Below are positions 13,101 through 25,000 of a stretch of 64,000 nt of DNA, in pieces (position 1 is the stretch's first letter; the number at the start of each line of letters is the position of its first letter). The stretch is from Lytechinus pictus (taxonomy: Eukaryota), in NCBI RefSeq assembly GCF_037042905.1, contig NC_087245.1:2234001-2298000 (forward strand), written 5' to 3'. Below the pieces are notes generated by a model. It was not told the origin of the DNA. It saw nothing but the letters and a program-made list of their open reading frames with translations, and did no database searches. The position numbers and the translations under genes were made by a program.

Positions 13101-15982
13101 TCACAATATGATTTTTTTTTCATGAAAAAACTTTTAAAATTACTTTTTATTCATATTCTTTCTCCTCCAAGTTGTTTGGAATTTTAATTAAGCAAGATTT
13201 TCAGGGATGTAATTGAATATTAAGAGAATATGATACAATGCCCCTCTTATAGGGAGGGAGTAAATTTAAAAATTAATGGCTTTTCCTCTGACCATGCACA
13301 TAGTTTCCTTTTGTCAACACAGTTTACTGATGCACAACACAATGTATTAGATATTTTGACTTTAATTTGTGTTAATATTCTAGTTCTGCATAGTTATGTG
13401 TTGTTTTAAGCACACATTTGATTTTTTTTTTCAATTTAATTTTGAAGTTTGGAGTTAATTATCTTCTGTTTCTGACTTTCTTTCTTAAAATATAAACAGA
13501 AAAAAAAGAATGTAAATATCTAAAAGATTATCCTGTGATGGGAATATCAGCTTGAATAATTCAATTATAATGTAGATTTATAGTACTGAAGTTGTATCCA
13601 AAAAGTCTTAGATGAAAAATCAAACCGTAATATATGATAAATACCATGTTCACATGGACACATACATAGACCCATCAGGTCCGTTGTATATTTAGGAATA
13701 AACACAATACTATTAACTATTCACTATTTACAATTCACACATGATTGTATGCATCACACGTCAAAGTAACATATCTGTGCATGATACAATTTAAATCCAA
13801 AGCAATATGTGCCTTATGTTTCTCATTGCAGACTGCGCTAACTCGTATGTACATCTGTCTTGTTATAGATAACACTAGATATTAACTGTATATAGCTATG
13901 GAATGAAATATAGTGCAGATTACTAATATAACATGGGGTTAGACTCAATAGAAAGAAGTAACCTATTAGGAATAAGGATGGTTTAGATTGGCATATTACT
14001 ATTGCCCTTTAATATAATGATATTTGGTCCCAGTGCCCTAAAGAAAGAATTAATAGCATTCCTCTCCTGTTATTGTAGCATATCAGATTGCCTTCCATTT
14101 TTAAGAGAAATGATATCTATTAGGAACAAAATTATTTCACCCAATCATTCAATCATGAAGTTTTGTCAACTTGTCATTATTTTGGTGTAGTATTAAATAC
14201 ATTTAATTGTAAATTAGTTGAAATGATTTTACTAAAGAAAATTTAAACATAGACTTTTAAGATATTACATTTACAATTGCCTTGATTCCACACACACAAA
14301 AAATATTCCATTCTAAAATCAATTGGCATAGTAGTTAGTATTGATGAAGAATTGAGGTTTTAGTTTTATTTAATATCCTGCTTCCCCATAGCCTATTTTA
14401 TAGTAAAATCCATGCGTAACTGGGACATTCTAATGCCACTGTAACGTTGTAAAGGCCTATCTGTTCATGATGCAGTAATCTTAACAAAGCAGCTTTGTCT
14501 TTACTGCTTCCCTTCCCCCACTCCATCCCACCCCACCACCTCTACCCCTCCCTATCCAAGTCCTCCAGCACATCAATAATTCCTTAGAAAGTATTACAGC
14601 GTGCACCTACCCGTATTACCCTACCTCTGTGTTTCTTGTCAAGTCACCCCAAACCCTCCCTTCTACCTCTGAGACATGTAATACAAAGCTTTGTGATGAA
14701 TTGAAAATATGAAAGAACACTTCTGATTGGTTCCTGCTCAGTATTTTGAACCAATTACGTGTTTAACATTGATCTTGATTGGTCAGTCTATTGATCACTA
14801 ATCTTTTTGTCACTGATCCTTGATCTTCCTTATAATACTGGAGTGAGATAGTACAAATAAAGTAAAGTTGATATGTGACTATAATGCTGCAGAAAGAAAT
14901 CTTAAATTGATATATAAATACTCTGCATTTTGGGGACCAGAATAATGCTTTAGAAAGAAGCTTTGATCAAAACATAGATATTTCCAGACTTGTTTTCATA
15001 TGCTTATTTAGAGATTTTCAGATTGTTCCTCTAAAAATTCAGATCCTGCCGAAGCATTAACATTAAAGCATTATAATGTGTGAATAACATCATAAGTCAC
15101 ATATAAATTCATGTGATCTGCTTATGAATATTAGGCATGGTATTACATAAACAGGAATCTTATACATATATATGAGTATGATCCATTCTACCTTTGGAAA
15201 TCAAGCATAAATATACTCATCGAGCAAAACATTGTGTTTTGAGAAGCAGAATGTTTTATTCTATTAAGATAAAATTTGGAAAGTAGAAAACTTTCTTAGA
15301 CAAAATTATCAGCAAACAGATGAAGTATTGTTGAATCCAACACCCAACAAATGGTTGTTCCCTACCCCCTCCGGGTCTATCCTACAATTTCCATCCCTAA
15401 TCAGCACTCTTAGGATACCCTGTACCTCTCCATCCTACCACGCCCACTTTCCAGTATACCAGCATGTTATAGCAAATCCCCTTGATAACTCCACTTCGTT
15501 CATTCTGCGTTCATCATCTCATACGGCGTTGGCTTATACTCTCTGGATCATGCATTTTACGCTCCCAAAATTGAACACATTGGAATATATCTTCTGCTGG
15601 ATGGCTACTGCGTATGTGTATCTTCAACTGCGCTTTCTTTCTGGGGCTTGGTTTTACTTACCAATTAATGTGACTACATTTCAGCATTACTGTTAGTATT
15701 TCATTGATGGGATTAATGGCTTATCTTTCAATTTTTTTTTTTCATCTTCTGTGCGCCAGGCCAGCTGTGCTTAAAGTGCCTTTGTACTGTGGATTTTCAA
15801 ATTGTTCTACAACTTACAGAGACAGCATCATTGAAGTATACTACATTTAAAAATACAATCCTACTTTAATTGAATAATCTAGCATTAGTTTGTGCCATTT
15901 CTGATTAGCAGCTATTTGAGCAACTTTCTGATCTTGAATTTTACATGTGATCAGATGTTTCTATTTGAAATTATACATGAAC

Positions 15983-16019
<37 letters not shown>

Positions 16020-19000
16020 TGATTTGTATAAATTCTTGTCAAATTTTGGTTCACCCACAAGTATAGGAAAGGATACACATATCCCCAACCCAATTTTTCA
16101 GAGAAAATAAGGAGCAGAAACGTATCACATTTTAGCCCTAAGCATTATTCACCCATATGCCTGGAACTTCATTATTAACCAATCCTATTCAATAAAGAAA
16201 TTCATTGTTTTTATATATTATATATCTTGTCTGAATTCATGATCTCCCAGATGGTTGAATAACTCCTTTATCGTGATATTAACACACTGGAATGCTGGAT
16301 ACACAAAAACATCAAATGATAATACATTCATCTTTATATTTTTGTGTGCCTATTCATTGTCATTATGACTTAAGTCATGAGTTTTAACTTTGACCCCCCC
16401 CCCCTAGAAAATTTGCAAAAGATATTTTAGACAAAAATTGCAAGAAAAAATGATAATTCTGTTTATTAAAAATGTATATCTTTTTTTCAAAGAATGCGCT
16501 TTCAAAATCCAATTAACTTATTTATTCTATTTGCTTCAATATTTATTATCTTTTCAATCAATGGAAAAAAATATGCTATCTTTCTCAGAAACAGTTCTTT
16601 AATTGTTGTAAACAACAGTGATATTCTCAAAGGAATTCTATGCCAATACTTGCAAATTTTCCTCTTGCTTTGTTCGAGTTGGTATTGCTTTACTGAGTTT
16701 TCAGTATCTTTTCTACTGGTTCAAGGGATTTTCTTGTCTTCATTCTAAGTGTTTTTTAGTCTTTTAATTTTGAGTTTATATTGGTTGACGTTTGGCAGTA
16801 AATGTATAACTGCTATCCAAGCAGTATTTGACAATCAGTATCCTGGAATCCTGGGAAGATACCATGTTTGTGAAACATTGTGTATTCCTGTTTTCATAAG
16901 GTTCAAACATAAAGCAGTGATGCATCATACTATTTGAAGCTACTTTTCAGTATTAAAAACATTTATATTTAGTGTGTGTGAATATCTAAGACCCCTGTTA
17001 CAATCGGATACCGCTCGAAACCGTACCGATAGGGGAGGGAATGAACGCTGTGATGTGAACAGACCACATTTCGGACTCGGTCCGTTCGCGAAGCTAATCC
17101 ACCAATAATCCAGTCAAGGTTGCAAGTGGACTCGGTCGGGTCTCGGGTAGGAAACTTTCAGATGTAACAGGGGTCTTAGTGACAAAGAACCTTTGGTCAT
17201 TGGTGATAACTACTGCCCAAGTTTGCTGCCAAACTAAGTCAATTAATATTCATTGACTTCAGTTTGAAAAGAAACACACATCTTAACAAACTGAAGTTAT
17301 TCATTATCTTTTGTTTTTCTTTATAATTTCAGCACTTTTTTATCTAATCACCTTTGTTTTTGTTTTGATTTGGGTTCATTTTCAGCCATCTTTATATTTT
17401 CATTTTTCTTAGCCACTTTCATCAAGTGTCATCACTGATTTTCATTCTTCATTCTATTTTTATGATTTCATATTTTGTTTTTGTTTTAATCTTTCATTTT
17501 CATTTTATCGATGGTGATGGGCTACTACTCTGACGCACAACTTTGATAAAGTGTTTCTTTACTTTTTGATCTCACAGCACCTTATATTTACTCTTTTGAT
17601 CAACTGTTGGATATATTTTGATATGTACTTATTGTTCCTGGTGTGACAATTTTGATATTGTATGTGTTGTGTGTGAATGAAAAAAATGGAAAGTCTGGTC
17701 ACAATTAATCTTTATTTTGTCTATACAACTTCAGTATGGTTTGCAGTAAACTAGCAAAAATATTTATTGTCATCTACCCAAAATATCTAAAAACCATCTT
17801 TACAGTTCATTTGATGGGGATATGGTATAATTGTTAATTGTTAATATAATTGCTAACCGAAATGCTGAAAGTTATTGCTGCAACTTGAAAATTGTTTTTT
17901 GGGCATATTTTAGGGGCAATTCAGATTTGTACTGATAAGTTTAACCCCCCCCCCCCAAAAAAAAAAAGAAGCATAAGATGAATTTATTTGAGTATAAAGA
18001 TTATTTGTCATCCAGTCTTTCTATTTTTGATTGATTTTATTCTCAATACAAAGAGCACAGGATTGCACATTTAAATAGCAATATCCATGGATATTATGAT
18101 TTTCCTTTTTAATCTTACAAAATATTCATATATGTATATCACTATTTATTCCTTTATTTCATTGTGATGGTATGACTTGCTGTATGTTGATGAAGAAAGC
18201 ACTTTTTTTTATCCATGGATGAATTAACCAGATATTTTGTAAGAATGACAATTTTCAAAAACTTTTTTTGAAGGAAATCATTGATAAGTGAGTTTTAAAT
18301 TGTTGTGTATCTCAAAAGTGCTTATACATACAAAATACCTTTCACTGAAAGATATAACTGTGTAACCAGTTATACCTTTCACTGAAAGATATAACTGTGT
18401 AACCAGTTATACCTTTCACTGAAAGATATAACTGTGTAACCAGTTATATTTTTATTCATGAAATGTGCTGAAGTACAAGTTTATTACTTGGCTGAAACTA
18501 TTTTACAATGAATATATAATCTTACAAAATGTCTTGTTGATTCTAATGCCAATATTAGTGAATAATATTTCACATTGAATATTGTAGCATATGCCAGAAA
18601 TATTGCATAATAGTTATAGCATACTTGCTATATAGCTTTACCTGAGGTTTAATCTGATTTTTCTACAATATTCCTAATTATTTTCAAGTGGAATAAATAA
18701 AATATGATGAATGATTTTAACATTTCAAATTAAGTAAATAGTCCATGTTGACAAATTGAACTAATATTTCAAATCTATCAAACGGTTTTCCATTTGATAG
18801 TGTAAGTAGTGATCAATACAAGCCTCTTAGACTATCAAATTATGCAATATTTCATGGGGTTTATCTATTGTTTAACATTTTGCACATGTTTTTTGTAGGG
18901 TGCTTGTAATGCTATTATTATAATACCTCCTAAGAAAAGTGGCAATTCCATATCCAATTTCAAAGCCTTATTATTCTCAGCAAATTTGATTAATACTAAA

Positions 19001-22000
19001 AAGGTATTGTTTTGTCACAGGCAAACCATTTAAGCTGAAATTTGCAGATCCAGTTGGCCATATGCAAAGTGATATTTCTATTACCCTTCTACATTATAAT
19101 TCACTGAGTGTTTTGCTGAAAAGTAGAAGGACCCACTTCTTACTCAACATCCCTGTCATTTAAAACAACATTCATATTCATAATATGAAACTAAAGCCGC
19201 TGTTGCAATGTGAAATATAATGGTTAATGCCACTTTTCTTTAGGAATGGAAGTTTTTATCTTTTCATATATTGGAACAATGAAACAAATTTGCATCCATG
19301 TTTTTTTTATTTATAATTTGTAGATGTAGTAAACGTTAGAAATCATAGTGCTATGTCCTTGTACCGTTTGTCTGTCCTGTTCTTGTTGCCTGCTTGTAGA
19401 TGATTTAGATGTAGTAAAATTGCATGAATGACTAGAACACTAGAGCAAAACAATTTAAATAGAACTGAAAGAGACGATGGATGCTAAACGATGCCTCTTT
19501 TGGTTCTATTATAACATATTGTATCGCTTTAGCGTTCCAGTCATTCGGCAATTTTACTCCAATGAGTGCGTGTCAAAAAGCTTCAGTATGTCTGTTTTTA
19601 AAGCTATTATGCGGTTTTACAGTACCAAACACTTATTTAACTGAAGTATTGTTCAGTTAAATGAAGGATATTTAATAGAGTACCGTAGAATACCTGCCGA
19701 AGTATGAATTGTATTTGCCTGTTTAGATAATAGTATCACTTGGAAAATAAGAGAAATCAGTTACATTTTACGATCTTGTCTGAGTCAAAAAGAAACATAT
19801 TGGTGTTACATCCACAAAATAGAAACCAGATTATTGTACAATCAAATTATTTTCTGTGGCTGTTGGAGTCAATTTAGAACAAAATACCTGCTAGATAAAG
19901 AGAAATGTAACAGATTTATCTAACTTCATTTAGATGCATGATCATGATGAAATATATTTTCCAAATAATTTTTAATACTTTCAGGTATCTACTAGCAGTA
20001 TATTATAGAAATGCCTTTGTTTGATTCTGAAAATTTACAGTCATTGTGATATTTCATATTAGCTTGAATTTAGAAAAGAAATGTTTTCTCTATTTTATTA
20101 AAGATACATATATATTTTATTTTGAGAAGAGAATAGAGCTATGAATTGAAATCTTATCCATGCTTTATAATTCAGTTATTACTTTTAAGTGTTTTTTTTT
20201 TATTTGATAGGGTGATCAGAAGTTAATTATTTGTTTCAGTTTCGTAAAGAATATAATGACACTAATCGAAGAAGGGTCTAATGTCATAGTATTTTTATTG
20301 TATAATAGTTTGGCAATTATTTGTAAATCCTGGAAAGAATTTAATAGAAAGTTATGTTTGCAGTTAAATATTGATATTTACAATTTTGAATAGTAGGTAT
20401 ACCATGCACTGGCCATTTATTTTTTAGGAGTACAATTATATTTGGTTTAACTACTCTGCTTGTGCCAGGTAATTCACTTCATTATTTGAAGAGCACTTTA
20501 ATAGAGAATTCCGATAAAGTAAATGTTAATTGTAATATATTGAGCAAGTATGATTATCCGTCATTATGAAGTGTCATTCTGTGCAAATTTTAACTATGTT
20601 TATTTCTTATTCTCTCCAAACTAAAATCATTGTACATGTAGTTGCTGAAGGTAAAGTCTGCCATGAGCAGTGTGCTGATATTGGTTGTTGGGGACCAGGA
20701 CCACAGCAGTGTGCTCAATGTAAAAACGCTATCATTGGTGACACTTGTATCGAGGCCTGTGACTTGGAAAATGGGTGAGATATTACAAGAACTACTGCAT
20801 ATTGGTTCATATTCAAGCAATACTTGAGAGAGCACTTTGAATATGTAGGGGAAGGCGGGGTAAGTTGAGCATAGGGGCAAGTTGAGCCACCGCCCCCAGG
20901 CCAATAATGAATGAGTCAGACATTATGGTGGTGTCATGTATTGATGACCCATTACATAACCATTAACCCCACCACATTGTTTTCAACTTTGAAACAAAAA
21001 GTATATTTTTAGAGGGAAAAATACAAATTTCAGCCAAAAAAGTAAAAAAGGGTGTGAAATAGATAAGTGTTTTTTTACACACACACTTCTTTACATATAA
21101 TAAAGCATAAGAACAACATTGTCAGTCCAGGTATGGATCTTCATTCTTGTCACAGTCTTTTACATGATGGATACATAAGAAATGTGTGGATGCGAAATTA
21201 TCGCATTAAGTTCGGACTGGGGTAAGTTGAGCCAGCAAACATGGGGCAAGTTGAGCCATGGTAATTCTTATGGTAATGTAAATAAAAACACAATCAAACC
21301 TTAAAAAGCCATCGATATGCAGGCAGAAAAGAGCAAATTCACATGACAGTTCTTTTACTTTTAGAGAATGTTGGTATTTTTAGAGAATTAGCAAGTGAAA
21401 AGACTTTAAATAAAAAATTGACATGCTGGTTCTTCCCGCATACATTTTGTACATAGTTTTTGTGGCTCAACTTACCCTCGAAGGTGGCACAACTTACCCA
21501 ATAGATGGGGCAAGTTGTGCCACTTGACATCGTTTTTTTCAAAGGTCACAACGACTTTCAGTGTGGGGGTAGAAAGTTGTATATAGGTGAACAAGATTTC
21601 CCAAGAATCATATTTAAAGGCAAGGTACTTATTTTCACAATATTATTAGTCATATCAATTCTATCATGCAAAATGCAAAAAGTGTCACAACTTACCCCGC
21701 CTTCCCCTACTGTTTCTGTTTTATTCACCTTTCATATCACAAAATTTGCTTGTACTTTAAAGGGGAATTAAACCTTTGGAACAAGTGGGCTTGTTTGGAA
21801 ACAGAAAAATCAAGGAATAAGATCAAAGGAAGTTTAAGAAAAATCGGACAAATGAGAAAGTTATGAGCATTTGAATATTGCGATCATTAAATGCTATGGA
21901 GATCCTCCCATCGGCAATGCGACAAAGATGTGTGATGTCACGTGTGAACAACTTTCCCTTTGATGGACTACAAAATACCCCCAAAATGTCTCTATTTGCT

Positions 22001-25000
22001 CTTTCGTATGGTGATACAAACTCTTAGTCCACAATGCATTCTTTGAAAATCTGTATTACATGCCCTCCTATAGAAAGAATACATGATCTACTTATAGATG
22101 TGATAAAAGAGGCAGTTTAAGTGAAATATATACTAAATTAATGGCAAAGTTGTTCACATGTGACATCACACATCTTTGTCGCATTGCCAATAGGAGGATT
22201 AACATAACAATAATGATCTAAACTTCAAACGCTCATAACTTTCTTATTATTTATTCATTTTTTCTCAAACTTTCATTGATCTGTTTCTTTGATTTTTCTG
22301 TTATTGCAAAAGCTATCTTGTTCCAAAGGTTTCATTTTTCGTGTAATTAAAGGGGAATTAAACCTTTAGAACAAGTAGGATTGTGTCGAAACAGAAATTT
22401 AAAATAATAAGAACAAAGAAAGTTTGAGAAAATTGGACAAACAATGAGAAAATTATGAGCATTTGAATATTGCAATCGATAATGCTATGGAGATCCTCCA
22501 ATTGGCAATGCGACAAGGATGTGTGATGTCACATGTGAACAACTTTCCCTTTGATGGACTATGAAATACCCCCAAAATGTCTCTTTTTGCTTTTTCTTAT
22601 AGTGATACAAACTCTTTATCCATGATGTATTCTTTAAAAATCTGTATTACATGCCCTCCTATAGAAAGAATATATGATCTACTGATAGATGTGAAAAAAG
22701 AGGCAGTTTAAGTGAAATATATACTAAAGTTATGGGGAGAGTTGTTCACAAGTGACATCACACATCTTTGTCGCATTGCCAATATGAGGATCTCCATAGC
22801 ATTAGTGATCGCAATATTCAAATGCTCATAACTTTCTCATTTTTTGACTGATTTTTCTCAAAATTTCGTTGATCTGTTTCTTTGATTTTTCTGTTTTCAC
22901 AAAAGCTATCTTTATTCCAAAGGTTTCATTCTTTTAACTATTACTATTACTATTGCCTAACTCATATGTTGTCATTATCAAACATAATGTATTGTTTCAT
23001 CTCTAAGCTAATGTTGTACATTCATTGAATAGGATGCAATTTATCTTTGTTTTGATGAAAGTCTTTAGAATTCAATGACGTTGTATGTAGCACAATATAT
23101 AAGCATCAATCTCACAAATGAAAAGCAAAATTCTTTTCCATCAAACATGATCTTGGACCTTCTCTTATGAACGAATTTATATTACTTTTGTATTCTTGGT
23201 TGTGTTTTAACTTTCTTTCCAGTCAATATGTTGAGATGGAGGCTACTGATCAGGCTCCTGCGGTGTGTGAACATTGTGATGCAGAATGTTCAGCTGGTTG
23301 CTCAGGCCCTGTGAGTATATTTCAACCCTCTATCTCTCATACTGGGGAATGTTTTATCTGGAATTTATATGAAATAAAGATATTTCCCCCAAAAAAATTA
23401 CTGTTGGATAATTTTAAGGTTTGAGTAAGGGAATTAAAAGTTATTTGAAATTGTTTTGTAAAATGCTGGCTGAAACAAGCATTGGCTTTTAGGGTGTACC
23501 AAACCATTTTGATTTTATTATATCTTGTATTTAATTATATTTTATGATTTTTATGGTTGAAAAAGTGAATTGAATTAAATTGGTTTTGATCTTAGACTCT
23601 CCTATGCATGATTGTTACATAAGCATATAATGTGTAGTATGAGGTACATGTCTTCCTCTTAAACCTATTATTATAAATCTGGTCTTTCTATGAAAATATC
23701 TCTGTAATGATACCTTCAACAAAGCCTGTAGGTCTGTTGAACTTCTTTGTGATAAATTTTGATTAATATCATTGCACTGAATACTCTTTGACCTTTGACT
23801 TCGTGACCTATGACCTCCATCAGGAACCAGACCAATGTGACTGCCGGGCAGACTCATCGGGTCACAACTGCAGAAGAAGGTGTCGTCATGTCCAGGATGG
23901 TCCATACTGTAGGGCAGAGTGTCCAGAACTCAAGTTTGCCAATTCTCAGAACAACTGTACCGACTGCCATTCAAACTGCCTCAGAGGGTAAGATTGAAGT
24001 CATGTTTATTTTTCCTGTAGGTATTGCTTGTATCTAGCTCCAATCTGAACCCCATCTGCAAAGCCACTAATAAACTCTAGATTGGGCAAAGCAATGGGTA
24101 TTTGCAATAAGAGCAGTCACCTGTCAGAGACATTTGCTGAAGCGTTGAAAGTAATCATGAGGACATAGCTATATTACATTGAACTTATGATTTCACATGA
24201 CCCATTTACTTGTATTAAAATGAAAAGCATGTCATGAATCGACTAGTGAGTGAGTATGTATATGTATGTTAGTGAGTAGGTGTTTGAATGAGTGAGTGAA
24301 CAATGAATACAGAAGAATAATTGATAAGTAATAAAAATACATCAATTGACTTTCTTTGTAGAGTCAAAGAGTAACCAAATATTTGAATCAAATGTATTTC
24401 TTTGTATGTGTAGGTGTGATGGTCCAGAGAATAATCTTGGTGCTAAAGGTTGTTGGGAATGTCCTCAAGTTATGCTTGACTTCACCAGAAATGTGGTAAG
24501 TGACCCAGACTACAACTTTGGTGTTGAACACTGCTACAATGATTAATCTTCATAATCATAGCTAATAATTCATATATTTAGTAGTTAAACATTTACTATA
24601 TAAATGTTCAGTCTTGCATTTAATAAAGCATAATTTTGTTCTTTCCAATAAACAGCGTTTTGTTAAGGACATCTTTGATACAGAATACTGCATATATTTT
24701 CGGATTTTGGGTATAGATCTTTTCATGATTTACAATAAATGCAGAGATCACAAAGAGCTCATTTTATGAATTTCAATTAGTGAATCTGTAATATATATGT
24801 ATTATGATTTCACAAATTGGTTCCAAAATGATAACCAAAAAGTTTTGACAGTCAATGCATTTTTTTTGCCAGTAAATGATTTATTAAACTAAAATTTACA
24901 TGGTCCTCCAACATCTTCAGGAGTTTATAATTACAATGTGATATCAGATCAATTCAAAGGTTTAAAAAAGGATGTAAAAATAAACATAAATTTTGTTGTA

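Noticed and set aside
13832..13872. Short terminal exon after ttgcag ([13 protein letters not shown])
   Set aside because: Only 13 codons; indistinguishable from a chance acceptor.
17501..17553. Small hairpin CATTTTATCGA...TTGATAAAGTG as a pre-miRNA
   Set aside because: Only an 11-bp AU-rich stem with a poorly paired interior.
11928..20641. A third L2 alternative exon in the long intron
   Set aside because: I found no further SLKEV/LCY/EEC-like frame. The phase-2 reading at 14588 (GKYYSVHLP...) stops after 28 codons. A degenerate copy cannot be excluded without tBLASTn.
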